A DNA stretch of 64,000 bases, taken from Schmidtea polychroa (taxonomy: Eukaryota). The notes beneath the pieces are model-generated. The model made no database searches and was not told where the DNA came from. It saw only the letters and a list, made by a program, of their open reading frames with translations. This document shows positions 28,682-42,270 of the stretch, in pieces. The position numbers and the translations under genes were made by a program. The DNA is taken from positions 37,884,001 to 37,948,000 of the forward strand of contig CM097885.1 in the NCBI GenBank assembly GCA_044892525.1. Reading direction: 5' to 3'. Position 1 is the stretch's first letter. Every line of letters starts with the position of its first letter.

Positions 28682-28792
28682 GTTTAATGGGTCGTGTAAA
28701 AAATATTTTAGGTTTTTCACTAATATTTGCGTTAATAATAATAAAGTTTAATGGGTTGTGTGTGTAAACCATATTTTAGATTTATCGTTAAC

Positions 28793-28858
<66 letters not shown>

Positions 28859-29034
28859 GTTTAATGGGTTGTGTGTGTGTGGAAAAAATATATTTTTTAG
28901 GTTTTCACTAATATTGATAATAATAATGGTTAATGAGTGTTTTTATGTTTTTGACTAATATTTGCAATAATAATAATAATGGTTAATGGGTTGTGTGTGT
29001 GTAAAAATATTTTATGTTTTTGACTAATATTTGC

Positions 29035-29106
<72 letters not shown>

Positions 29107-29217
29107 GTTTAATGGGTCGTGTAAAAAATATTTTAGGTTTTTCACTAATATTTGCGTTAATAATAATAAAGTTTAATGGGTTGTGTGTGTAAACCATATT
29201 TTAGATTTTTCGTTAAC

Positions 29218-29253
<36 letters not shown>

Positions 29254-29430
29254 GTTTAATGGGTTGTGTGTGTGTGGAAAAAAATATATATTTTAGGTTT
29301 TCACTAATATTGATAATAATAATGGTTAATGAGTGTTTTTATGTTTTTGACTAATATTTGCAATAATAATAATAATGGTTAATGGGTTGTGTGTGTGTAA
29401 AAATATTTTATGTTTTTGACTAATATTTGC

Positions 29431-29493
<63 letters not shown>

Positions 29494-29604
29494 GTTTAAT
29501 GGGTCGTGTAAAAAATATTTTAGGTTTTTCACTAATATTTGCGTTAATAATAATAAAGTTTAATGGGTTGTGTGTGTAAACCATATTTTAGATTTTTCGT
29601 TAAC

Positions 29605-29643
<39 letters not shown>

Positions 29644-29820
29644 GTTTAATGGGTTGTGTGTGTGTGGAAAAAAATATATATTTTAGGTTTTCACTAATAT
29701 TGATAATAATAATGGTTAATGAGTGTTTTTATGTTTTTGACTAATATTTGCAATAATAATAATAATGGTTAATGGGTTGTGTGTGTGTAAAAATATTTTA
29801 TGTTTTTGACTAATATTTGC

Positions 29821-29874
<54 letters not shown>

Positions 29875-29985
29875 GTTTAATGGGTCGTGTAAAAAATATT
29901 TTAGGTTTTTCACTAATATTTGCGTTAATAATAATAAAGTTTAATGGGTTGTGTGTGTAAACCATATTTTAGATTTTTCGTTAAC

Positions 29986-30039
<54 letters not shown>

Positions 30040-30216
30040 GTTTAATGGGTTGTGTGTGTGTGGAAAAAAATATATTTTTTAGGTTTTCACTAATATTGAT
30101 AATAATAATGGTTAATGAGTGTTTTTATGTTTTTGACTAATATTTGCAATAATAATAATAATGGTTAATGGGTTGTGTGTGTGTAAAAATATTTTATGTT
30201 TTTGACTAATATTTGC

Positions 30217-30273
<57 letters not shown>

Positions 30274-30384
30274 GTTTAATGGGTCGTGTAAAAAATATTT
30301 TAGGTTTTTCACTAATATTTGCGTTAATAATAATAAAGTTTAATGGGTTGTGTGTGTAAACCATATTTTAGATTTTTCGTTAAC

Positions 30385-30426
<42 letters not shown>

Positions 30427-30603
30427 GTTTAATGGGTTGTGTGTGTGTGGAAAAAAATATATATTTTTGGTTTTCACTAATATTGATAATAATAATGGTT
30501 AATGAGTGTTTTTATGTTTTTGACTAATATTTGCAATAATAATAATAATGGTTAATGGGTTGTGTGTGTGTAAAAATATTTTATGTTTTTGACTAATATT
30601 TGC

Positions 30604-30669
<66 letters not shown>

Positions 30670-30780
30670 GTTTAATGGGTCGTGTAAAAAATATTTTAGG
30701 TTTTTCACTAATATTTGCGTTAATAATAATAAAGTTTAATGGGTTGTGTGTGTAAACCATATTTTAGATTTTTCGTTAAC

Positions 30781-30855
<75 letters not shown>
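27090..30855. repeat. Satellite array, ~390-bp unit with embedded variable (AAT)n; about 9 units (about 2 in the left arm, 17165-17975)
   Basis: Marker tggaaaaaaatata recurs near 27151, 27520, 27919, 28304, 28880, 29275, 29665, 30061 and 30448. Confidence 0.95.
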
Positions 30856-31223
30856 TCCCGCGCGTGTTAATACTTTAAAAGAAAATATTGAAAATTTAAA
30901 AAATAATAATATTTATGCAAAGCATGTGCAATAATTATGTCTTTGTTAATTAAGTAAACTTTAGTGTCAAAATAAGTTTTTAAAATATTTTTAAATTTAA
31001 AATACCGCAACTTAATATATTTTTGTTCTACCCCTTCATTGATTTAAGTTGGTCAGAATTTAATAATAATTATATTATACCCTTTGAAACATGTTGAATG
31101 TGAGTAGTACACCTTTGACCATTACCCATACGAGCAATACCCATAGAGGGATGGAATATTTTGTCGGATAGATTAAGAGTATATATGATAATAATATTCC
31201 CCGTGCGCGTAATAATAATAATA

Positions 31224-31287
<64 letters not shown>

Positions 31288-31606
31288 TGAACTTGTATTT
31301 GATATAATAATAATAATAATTTAAGACATATTGAGTGTGAGTAGTACCCTTGCGAGTTGTTGAGCGTGACCAGTACCCTTGTGAGCAGTACCCATAGGGG
31401 GACAGAATATTTTGTCGGATAGACTCGGAGTATATAGATTAATAATATATCAATGAGAACACTAACTTGTTGCGTGTGTGGACACTAATAATATTTTTAT
31501 ACATTGTGTGTGTGTATGACCATAGGGGAACAGAATATTTTGTCGGGTAGACTATATTGTGTGTGTGTAATAATAATTTTATTAAACTTTTATCAATAAG
31601 TTTTTA

Positions 31607-31815
31607 AAATACCGCAACGTAATATATTTAATAATTAAAATATAATAAATTTTAAAATACCGCAACGTAATATATATTTTAAAATACCGCAACGTAATAT
31701 ATATTTTAAAATACCGCAACGTAATATATATTTTAAAATACCGCAACGTAATATATATTTTAAAATATTGCAACGTAATATATATTTTAAAATACCGCAA
31801 CGTAATATAAATTTT
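31607..31815. repeat. 27-bp subterminal tandem repeat aaaataccgcaacgtaatatatatttt (7 copies; 4 in the left arm, 16277-16404)
   Basis: Direct reading; source of the YITLRYFKI ORF. Confidence 0.95.
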
Positions 31816-32935
31816 TAAAAAAAAATTTAAAAAAAAATTAAAAAAAAAAATACCCCCTCCCCCCGGGGGTATGGCGTAATATGCCTTTGTGACGTCATCG
31901 ATGACGTCATATGTCTTTGTTCCCGGGTCCACACAATACCCTACTTATAACGTATTTTTAAAAGCAAATTTTTTAAATTGATATAATTTTTTATTGTTTT
32001 CTAAATACTACAGTAAAGTGATTAAAATATACGATGAAAATGATTTTGAATTATAGTAATTGACGTAAGACATTAATCCCAACAAAATAACTTTTATTCT
32101 AACAAAAACTGAATACAATTATTTGATTAAATACACAATTATAATCTCGTGTGGACACCCAATGAATATCACCTTCAATATCAAATACAATCTGGTTTGA
32201 CTAATTAAAGTCTGGAAAATTGGTCATGGGGGGAACAGGTAGCGAGGAATAACATGGTGATAACGGAATTTCCATAAAGTGCTAGGAAGATTGCGAAAAG
32301 TTGCGAAAAAGAGGAAAAACAAGAAAATAAAATTAATTAATTAAGTAGCTAGTAGAAATTCCGAGTTGGGTAAAGAAAGAGAAAAGTAAAAAAAGGAAAA
32401 TTTAGGCCCATTATCTTGTCACATTGATTAATGGAAGAAGGCCAAGTAAAAGATAGTTCGTGCAGAAAGGCCCGGGCGGGCCATTAATTATCTTTGTTCA
32501 TCTGATCATTCTGGGTGACATCCGAAGCAGATATGTGGAGTCGAATGTCAAGAGAAAGATTGGCTCGGCAATAACCATTTGTCATTCCGATTTCGGATAG
32601 TCAATTGGAAGGGGAAAATCAGATTAAAAAGTGAATATTGATAAAGATTTTGACAAAGTATCAGCGCCTAGCGAAGAACCGATTAAACTTGTAAAACTCT
32701 GTCGTTGATTGTATCTTTGAATTTTGAGAGATTTGTGTGATTTAAATATACGTTGGGTAGTTTATTGTTTTGTTATTTACGATTAAAGGGACATGTGGAG
32801 TCAGAGGTTACCGACATGAATTAATAAAACCCAACAATATTTAATTAGTTTTTAATTAATTGTATAACAATCTCAAATTATGCATTTTGTTTCATTCATT
32901 TTCTGTATATCTCAAAAATACTATATACACTAATT

Positions 32936-33480
32936 TGGCAACCGCGACTACTGATCTGCTAATGACAAGATTGTTATTAGATAGATTAAGAAAATCTGAC
33001 AACCTAGAAGAATTCATCAAGGATCGTCGAAGATTCTACGATGTGATAGGATTACCAAGAAGATTGCAATATAATTTAGTGATAATGTTATTAGAAAATA
33101 AAATCTTTGAAGAATATGAAAGAGCAGAAAGCCAAAAATTTGAATATAAATAAAGGAATTGTTTTGGGAAGCATAAATCTTTGATAGAAGACATAACAGA
33201 AGCATTAAGTTATACCCAAAGTACAAAGTCGGCTGAGATATTTATTAAAAAAATGAAAATATTAACTAAAAAAATAGTTATACATAGGTAAAGCGATAAG
33301 GAAATTGAATAATTCCTCCTCGCATACTGTGCTCGAGATAAAATAATAAGAAAAGAGATAGATATAAAAAAATTGAAAATAGTGATCAAATCAAAATAAG
33401 TACTAAGAAAATTGAAATAGTAAACAGAATGACATAATTCGTCAATACTGTGACAAAAATAATCCAGGAGCTATAGTGAA
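32936..33480 (+). pseudogene. Ty3/gypsy gag 5' remnant with primer-binding site
   Basis: tggcaaccgcgact (compare PBS tggcgaccacgacc of the 44479-49415 element), then MTRLLLDRLRKSDNLEEFIKD...EEYERAE...SLIEDITEALSYTQSTKSAEIFIKKMKILTKK, alignable to that element's gag. Confidence 0.75.
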
Positions 33481-35198
33481 TTAACACAAAAGGGTGGAAT
33501 ATGTTTGGTATGTTGTCAGTATCACTAACTGGCTCCTTTGTCTTCTTTTATTAACCAAATCGAACAACCCAACACAATAATGTTTATTCGAAATTACTAC
33601 AATTACACTTTTATTTACTACACACTTTACTAAAACAATTTCAGTTTAGTAATGGCATAGTAAAATGGCATTTGAAAGCCCGATCGATCTCACGACCATC
33701 AGAGGCTTCGATTGCTTCACAATTTCATTCCTTGACGGTCGTCGATTGTTCAGATTGTCGTAGAATTTTCCGGGTCAGTGAATTGTGGGGTCTATAATTT
33801 TTCGAGTACATAATTCAATTTTTCCAAGTCCAAGAATTTTCCAAGAATTATTTTTTATTTTTTTAATTTATTTTTTAAATTTACTAAGAATTATTTTCCA
33901 AAAATTATTATAATTTTTATGGGATTTTTCAAAGAATTACCATGAATCATTATTTTATGGAATTATTATTTTTTAGAGTATTAGTAAAATGACTTTTGAA
34001 AGTCTGATTTGAGCAATCGAACGAACGACTCTAATGGTCGTGATATCGATCAGGGTTCCAAATGCCATTTTACTACTAATTTTGTTATTTTGTTGGGTAT
34101 TTTTATTCGGTTTTGGTTTTGAATTTGTAGCCTTCAGGCCTTCGGACAACTTATCTATTTTCGACAATTTGCCCCCATTTAATTTTCCATCGGCTCTCTC
34201 GTCTCTCCAGTTTTCCCAATTCCAAAATTTGACTCTATCTAATTAAATAATAATGTTGATCCCTCGGGTTTACTCACACTGTTCGGGTTTTCCATTAGCT
34301 TGGGTTTCCCATTAGATAAATAAATTTTAGTTTTTTGTAATGATTTTCATCTGGTGAACCCAATTAACTTTATTTTTATTATCTCTGAACTCGTTTCATT
34401 GTTTGGCATCAGCCCATACCAGCTTTTCGCAAAAAATATTTCTTTTTAATTTTTTTGATTTTTAATTAATATATTTGGACTTCTAATTATTATTGTGAAT
34501 TTGATGTCTTTATTGATTTTCACAATGCTTTAGTGCCTATTTCATCGATCCACAACAAATATAAAGGTTATCATAAGAGAGAACAAAGAAAATATCATAT
34601 TAAAAAGTATAAAACTAGAATTGTGAAGGAATATGGCATATAAAAGACCAGTTCCCTAGGAAAATCTAAAAAATATTATGAATGAGGAAAATCAGGTTAT
34701 ATTTGAAGAGAATGTTCGATACATATTAAAGGATCATAAGGAGACCGAATGTTACACTAATTTAAACAAGATAAATCAACAAAATTCATGATAAATTATA
34801 ATATTAATTCGAAAAATTAAAATCAAAGACAATTGTCATTTGAGAATGATTGTGGCGATTGAAACCAATGAAAATGAAGATTAATATATAGATGAGAACA
34901 AAGAAGAATATGAGGATATTATTCACCTGAACAAGAAGGATGCAGCTAGAGAGATGATGATCGGGGCCATACACTAAAAAATTCAAATAGCAGTATGGTG
35001 TATAATGGCTTGAATGTTGACATGATTGAATTAAATGGTGGTATGATTGTTCATATTTTAAACTGGAAACAATTTAATTTAAAATTTTGCAATTTAATTA
35101 ATTGATGAGCATTTAATTATTTATATCACAAAATTATCTTTAAAAAATTGAAATTCTTATCTCATGTGTTTAAATATTTAAAAAATAATTTAGGAAAT

Positions 35199-35623
35199 AT
35201 GAAATATTCTGAATTATTTTTTATATCATCTTTGTATCAAAGTAATATATACAATTCTACGTTTTTTTCAAGTGATAATGAAGAGGATATCGAAACTAAA
35301 GGCTTTTGTAATTGTTTGTTAATCTTTTATTTGAAACCAGGTTTAAAATGTAATTTAACCTAAACCCAATTATCAAATTTATTAGCCATACCAAATGAAT
35401 CTATAATCAAACAGCATTGTGATTTAATATATGTCGGATCTAATAATGATTCAATTCATTCCAATCAAAAATCTTTGGAATTTCCAGAATTATCTGGTTG
35501 ACATTTGATTATAATAATTATTAATTTATTACCTTTGAAACAGTTACTGCGGAGGTTGTTTCGATTGACTCGTATATTGATATTGAAGCAGATACTGTTT
35601 CAATTATATTATGTTTTTTAAAG
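35199..35623 (+). CDS. KPTN: Kaptin-like gene exons 1-3 (35199-35340, 35386-35496, 35544-35623)
   Basis: MKYSELFFISSLYQSNIY...LEFPELSVTAEVVSIDSY...IILCFLK resembles the kaptin N-terminus (SQSNVY; DAEIVSIDTF) as I recall it. GT-AG introns of 45 and 47 nt keep the frame. Confidence 0.8.
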
Positions 35624-38460
35624 GTGATTATCTAATATATTTCTGGCAATAAAATATATAATATTATTGTAAATTTGAATTTTAATATAGTTAAAAATAA
35701 TTTCCAACTCTAGTAAATCTCATTAAATACTGTTACAATATAATTTATGTTATGATTATAATACTATTATTTAATAAATAGTCTATAGTGATTATTTATA
35801 ATGAGGATTTCCAATTAACAATTCGGTTTGTGATTTTTTGCACAATCGACACATATCGCATTTACAAGTTCCTTTATCATCATTCCATTTCAAGTTATCA
35901 ATTGCTAGTTAGTTTTATAATAATCAATAGTATACGAAAATTTTTCAAATTTGACCACTATAAAGAAAACTTCCCTTCATAATGTTTCAACTTATTTCAA
36001 ACACGAGAAATTTACGAAGTTTTTCGTTGTTGCCTTAAAACGTTTCCACTCGCCAATTGTATATTGGAATATAAATATGTTAATAGAGACACAACCGAAG
36101 GGGTTAAAAATATATTTTTTCGCCACCACTTATTTGCATTAATGATATTCACTGAAATTCATTTTTAGTATTTGTAAGAAGTTTTACATTAACCTTGTTA
36201 CATTAAAATTAATTTTTATATCGAATTATTATTAATCAATTAAAAATATTTTTGATCAATAATTGCATTTATGTCAAAATCATAATATATATAGTGCTTT
36301 TTTTCTGACGGAGCGGCGTTCCTGCACCTAATTTTCGCTGAATGATTTTAAAAAATTGACATATGTTTTGGTTTTTTGTCATATTTCTATTTCTGACATT
36401 TCAAATAGACAATTACAATCAAATTAAAAGTAGTAGTCGGACGCCAAAGCGAGTGAATCATAACTCCGTGCTTCCTATGTGTTATTACTATTATATAAAA
36501 CACGCTCACGGTAAATATACGCCATTAATATACTTCGTCATTAAAATATTTTCCTGTTGTCGGCGTTGTAAATTCTCACACGCTTCGATCCTTCGAAGTG
36601 TGTTGATTTATGGTTACTTCGGGGAAGGCATTCTGCTGTAGACACTAAGAGCAAGAAAACGAGTCGAGATGATTTGTCTGACGAAAATTGGAAAAAATTA
36701 TGGAATTTGCTATAAACAACTTTACGATTTCATTTTTCTTTACATTTTTTCTACATTATAAAATTTATCGGTAATAAGTTACTAATAACTAATAAGTGTA
36801 TATTTTGTGTCCTGCAAAATTATTTTATTTGTTAGCTAATTTCAGCGTCATTTCCTAGCATATAAAGGATAGTACAGATACGTTCCGGCACCATTTTTCA
36901 CAGAAAAAGCACTATTTATTGACAAAATCAAAAATTCTCTTCAAGGAATTTTTTTAACAAATGTAGCTATACAAAATTTAAAGAATATTTTTATTAGATA
37001 TTTCAAAATGATAAAACCAATTTTTTTCAATCCCCCTGGAGTTTTTTGCGACCACTTTGAATAGTGATACTATTTTAATGTTTTGTATTTAAAAAATTCA
37101 ATATTTTTAAATTTAATACATTTATTCATCAATGGCATACAATTCATCTTCTTGATCAATAATTTCCTTTTGACTAACATATATTCCGTTTAACTCAAAA
37201 GTTCCCCACACTTCACAAAACTGGTGGCCATACAAGCCATGCTTAGAAAATTGCCAATAAATAAAATTTTCAGAAAAACCAGCCGAAAGAATAGATTTAC
37301 TGATATTTTCAATGGGGATTTGAATCCATGTTTCAATTATCCAATTTTTGTCAATTCAAGCATTTTGGTGGTTTCGGATTTCCACCCTTTTCCACATTTT
37401 CATCGTTTTCCCATGTATTAATCTTTTCTGATACTTTGTCTTTAAAAATTTCAATATCGCCAGCTTTATTTATTATTTCAATATCGAGACCCACACTTTG
37501 AGCACAATTGTATTATAAGAATTTTATTAAATTTTCACCTCTGATTTCTCCTTTGGTTGGTCACACGAAATATGTTGAATATGGATTATTTTAGATAAAT
37601 TTTATTGTGCTTCTAACATCTTATAATCGAACAAAATAATTTTTTTTGAGAATTGGTTTCTGTATTTTTTGTATTTGAGAACCGATTATTACGATACTGT
37701 AGATTATATTTTGAAAAAATTGCCTCTTAATTCAAGTTTCAAAGTGTTAGATATATATGGGGTTGTATAGGGTGACGAGAAATAAAAAATTGAATGCATG
37801 AAAATTGTATGCAAGACAATTAAAAACCAAATTTCAAAAAATTAATTTAGAAATGTAGCAAATGAGATAAATAATAAGAATTTGATAATTTCACATTAAT
37901 AAAAGGTCACTAAATGACTTTATTTAAAAATTGGAAATTAATTGATTAAAGCTAATAGACAAGCAAGTAGGTTTCCGAGCTTGATGGATGTGATATTAGC
38001 CTGTGAACCAGAATTAGATTTGGCAAAATCGATATCAGAAACTCAAAAAATCATTAAAATAAAAATTTCATTTGCTTCAGAAAATTGCATTAATGAACAA
38101 TAATTGATGAAGATACACCCTATAAAAGGAAAGCCATTTAGTTAGTATTTCTAAAATGGTCGAAAATAAATTAAAGAATTATCAAACGGGAATTAGCGTC
38201 TAACCAATTATTAAAAAGGATTAATAGATTTTTCTTGATTAGTGTTCATTTGAGTTTGCATTAGTTTGAGGTCCCTAGTTGAAACAAAAAGAAAGAATTG
38301 GTAGTATAATATTGTGACTATTATTATTCAAAAATTAAATAGTTATTATTTCTGTTTGACAATAAATCTTACTATGTTGGATCTTTTTTTTAATATAAGA
38401 CACATCGAGTCAAAAATAAGTATTTTCCTGTTAAAACTATTTATAACCAAACAATATTAA

Positions 38461-38668
38461 CACTAGAACTACAAGAGTTTGTTGGTATATATTTAGATAT
38501 AAGTTAAGCATATCAATTAAACGAATGTATGTAAATTGAAAATTAAAAAATATTTTTAATTATTTAAATTAAAAATCATAAATACTTACAATAATACATA
38601 TAACATATTAATAAATTTTAACCAAAAAATATGAAATCCGCCATTATGACGTGTTGGTAATTCTAGTG
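38461..38668. mobile_element. piggyBac-family MITE
   Basis: TTAA flanks; TIR cactagaa(c/t)tac / gtaattctagtg. Confidence 0.75.
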
Positions 38669-39039
38669 TTAAAAATAGAAATATTTTTAACTCTTTGAAT
38701 CTCAACGGAATATTTGCGTTTCATACAACCTCTATGAAAATGTTGCTGCAAATACTGTTTTTGTCTTTGTAATTTCATTTAAAGATGTGTTGTAGTTTTT
38801 ATATGTTTTAATTGTTACTTATGATTTGTAGGAAATTTGTATGAGCCCAGCAGTGTCTCCTGTAAAAAGAACTGTCTCGGGACAGCTGGGGTGAATGTGT
38901 TTAAAGTGATAATAATAATAATAAAATAACAAACTAACAATAAACCAAAAATTACAAAATTTATTAAACAATTATAAATACTACTTGGATCAACTAGTTA
39001 TAGTAGGTACTAGGTAAAAGAATTTTCGGTTTATATTGA

Positions 39040-39310
39040 AACCTAGATTTTCTGTATTAGGACTTCGATCTTTCGAACCTTCTTAATTAGAGAAATCTGA
39101 AATTTTATATTAGAACCTGAATCTCTCGAATCTTCTTAATTTGAGGGGAAATCTGGTTTTTCTATATTAGAATAAGAATCTTTTGAATCTTCTTAATTGG
39201 AGTTGAAATCTGAATTTATATATTTGAATCAGAATCTTCTGTATCTTCCTAATTAGAGTTGGGATCCGAATTTTCTATATTAGAATCCAAATCTTTTGAA
39301 TCTTCTTAGA
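39040..39310. repeat. Degenerate ~55-60-bp tandem repeat, about 5 units
   Basis: Unit approximates ttttctatattagaatccgaatcttttgaatcttcttaattagagttgaaatctga. Confidence 0.8.
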
Positions 39311-39649
39311 GCAGAAATCCGAGATTATCAAATTTTTGATTTAGCTTAATTTTTTAATTCAATTAATTTCGATTTTTTTATTTTTTTAGTATTCTCTATA
39401 GCAAATTATTACTATAGAGAATTTCTATATAGACCCTTTCGTTGGGTAGTTGGGAACGTGACTCGAATTAAAATAAATAATATATTTTGTACTTACATTC
39501 AAAAAGTTATCTACAAACAGTTAATGTTACATTACAATATACATACAGATTAAATATTTTAACACAAAAAATTTCATTTGCATTTAAAGGTTTCAAACAT
39601 CTTTTCCATTTGCTTATCATTGTAACAGCTATTTATTGAATATTTACAG

Positions 39650-39839
39650 AAAGAAAACAAACCAAAATCCATGATTCATATATATGATGTTCATTTAAAA
39701 TCAGAAAGCCCTGCGGAAATGATGGAAAAATTTAAGCGTAACTTTTATTTCATATAGTACCAGCTTAAGTTAGTTATTCAGCTAATCTGGTATTCAAAAA
39801 AGAAATCGGATTCAACCCTCTTCATGTTACTCACACAAA
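39650..39839 (+). CDS. KPTN: Kaptin-like gene exons 4-5 (39650-39737, 39782-39839)
   Basis: KENKPKSMIHIYDVH...PNLVFKKEIGFNPLHVTHT; phases 0-1-2 join exon 3 and exon 6 in frame. Confidence 0.75.
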
Positions 39840-40367
39840 GTTTGTTTTATTTATTGGTTGTAATCAGAAATGTAGAGACAAATAGGTAGGACCGTAGCTA
39901 GGGCTTAATGAATATCGGTTCTAGAATGAGGGTTAAAACTAATAAATTTGCTATTGATTTTCTAGTTTTTTAACTAATTTAATTTTGGCACTTTGAGCAT
40001 TAATGTTTAGCAAATCTTATTATGAATGTCCAATCCAGAAAATCAGGTTGTTAGGATAGTCAGAATCAAAACTGATTGTCTAGTTTCCTACGGTAAAATC
40101 AAGGAAAATTAATAATTTTTTGATTATATCTACGAGTCTAGAACGCTCATGTTCAATTAGAATTTATTGATTTTTTAAACATAGTATTTACATTTGTATA
40201 TTGATAAAATCCTATATTTTTTGCTCGCCTTTGATTTGTTCGTTTTTTATATTTCATTTATTTTCATTATGACAATTGATCAAACATTTTTGTTACAAAA
40301 GAAAGTAAATTTTTAATTTATAGTCATAATGGAAATAAGTGAAATACTATATTGATTTTATATTAAT

Positions 40368-40842
40368 GCTTAATTCTCATTGATGCCGATGGAACTAAAG
40401 GTGATATTTGTTTTTGCATTCGATCAGCAATACCTGGATACATTATCAAACCACTTGATAATACTTGCTATATAAATCTTTATGAATATCCACATTGCAT
40501 TTCATCACGCTGTTCTATGTCATCTGATGAATACCAACAGTTTCCTTTTCTAAGAATGATTGCTGGAAAAGAGCTTCTGGATATATGAATCTTTCATATC
40601 TAATGGTAATAACTTGATCATCTGGTAGTTCATAACACTTTTCAAATAACAATGAAACATCAGTCATAATTTTCATTAGATAATCAGTTAAGTAAACTTT
40701 CATAAATTGCCATAGTGCGAGATATAGGATCGTTAGAGTTCAGAACGAAACCCGAGGTACGACTAAAGCATACGAAAGTAGTGATTGAATTGCAACATAC
40801 ATCATTGGTGCATTAAATGTCTCCAATATAATTTGAGTCATG
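40368..40842 (-). pseudogene. Actin pseudogene fragment
   Basis: [68 protein letters not shown], with deletions and stops. Confidence 0.9.
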
Positions 40843-41362
40843 GATCATCTACCAGCTTTGTGAATATCGAAAATAACTAAATAATTAAATAACTAAATAA
40901 ATAAGCTAAATTCTATGCAATTGAAAAGGGCTATCTTATAGTTTAATTTTTTTGCATTTGTATTAAATGTATTATTCGCAGCAAAAAGCTTAAATTATCA
41001 TTTAATTGTTTTAAATTTTAATTAATACTGCTACCAGGAAATCATCACTTTATACTATCTTTAAACAATATTCACATTCGGGGATTCGGAATAGACATAA
41101 TTTTCGCTATTTATTGATGCTGTGCTAATTTCCTTTATTAATTCATTAAATACCTTCTATTGAAAAATCGCTAAGTTTTTGAAAAAAAATCAACAAGAAA
41201 ACTAAAAAATATATCTCTTGTGATTAAAAACGAACAGAGTGAATAAAGTGAAAGATTTTATTATTTGAAGTTGAGTATTTAAAAAATTGATATTTTTTCT
41301 AGAATTACCTAATATATATACCAAAAATGAATTACATCTTAAAATGTTAATTATTTTGAAAG

Positions 41363-41648
41363 ATTTTGGAACACATCGAATGAAAAACTTGGATTTGCTT
41401 ATGTAGTATCGATAAGCGACGAATACTTATCTCATTCTCAAAAAGATAAATTAAGTCCGTTTCTATGTGCATTTATTAAACAAAGTGGTCATCAAGAGCA
41501 AGGTGACACTGATTTTCAGTTTTTATTGCCTCGAACCGGATTTTCTGACAATGACCCTTTAGATTTTTTCAAGGATAAGAAAAGTGTCCGTCGATCAGCT
41601 TTCATAGAAAAAAATACAAGAAAACGAGCAGATTTAGATGACAGTGAA
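41363..41648 (+). CDS. KPTN: Kaptin-like gene exon 6
   Basis: Open 286-nt exon (FWNTSNEKLGFAYVVSISD...DLDDSE) with AG/GT ends; phase 2 to 0 fits both neighbours. Confidence 0.7.
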
Positions 41649-41697
41649 GTAATGATTATTATATGGAATCAACTAAAAATTTTATTTTATTTTATTT

Positions 41698-42270
41698 TCT
41701 ATATATAATATATTTAATCGTGAATGTGTGTCTGTCTGTCTCTATGTTCGCTATACAAATCCAAATTTCTGAAGATATCTCAACTAAATTTTGCACAGCT
41801 TCCTCTTTTACTCTTGCCGAGATTATAGGTTACTTTCTACCCAAAATGTTGACCCAGTGGGGTATCTTATTTACTGATCCTGTTTTCTGGTTACTAAGCA
41901 AAGTACCAGTAAACAGAAAATTATCAGGAACCAAAAGTGCTTCTCAGGGTGGGTTTGAATAACAAAATGTTCATGTTTTTTTCGCAGTTCCTACCCGAAC
42001 CAGTTAGATTACAACCCGATAAAATTGGATCTAGGGATCAAGATTTGAAGCAAAAGTGGTTTATCGGGGTTGAATTGTATAGCAAAATTCTAATTTCTGT
42101 GCGGTAGGATTGCATGGGGGCCGCGGGAACCATCGATCGAGCGAAGTGATCTAGCTTTTAACCATTAATGATTGAGGTTCAAATGCTTATGTTCGTTTTT
42201 GTACCAGAAATTTTTATAACTCTGGACTTTAATGACTGCCCAGGGCAAAGCTGGGTAAAATTTTCAGTGA
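41698..42270 (+). mobile_element. Non-autonomous Helitron-like element
   Basis: 5' TC start followed by (gtct)n tract; 3' hairpin cccag-ggcaaag-ctggg about 12 bp before a degenerate CTAG-like end. Confidence 0.5.

Larger units (their letters stand above)
16137..31945. mobile_element. 15.8-kb fold-back, non-autonomous Polinton/Maverick-like element (copy 1)
   Basis: Starts agtagggtattgtgtggacccggg, ends cccgggtccacacaataccctact; 6-bp TSD TATAAC (16131-16136, 31946-31951). Arms 16137-22186 and 22885-31945 are reverse complements, confirmed by mirrored ORFs in the track. Polinton assignment rests only on AG..CT termini, 6-bp TSD and size. Confidence 0.8.
22885..31945 (-). repeat. Right inverted arm of copy 1 (longer owing to satellite expansion)
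   Basis: Begins ataatttcctaactttaatg (22885). Confidence 0.95.

Noticed and set aside
17295..30934. Repeated MKNLKYFLHDPLNFIIII... ORFs as a peptide gene family
   Set aside because: They are translations of the (ATT)n satellite, begin at GTG and vary with microsatellite length.
31582..31932. 116-aa ORF with YITLRYFKI repeats, and ORF 55961-56152
   Set aside because: Translations of tandem repeats, with copy number differing between arms; no other sign of coding function.
16137..31945. Giant palindrome as a fold-back read or amplification chimera
   Set aside because: Exact TSD, defined termini, unique spacer, scattered arm differences and an independent second copy argue for a real element; read-level confirmation is still needed.
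37670..38103. Codon-like stretches (QASRFPSLMDVILACEPELDL...) as extra KPTN exons
   Set aside because: KPTN exons 3 and 4 already join in frame; these end in stops and match nothing I recognise.
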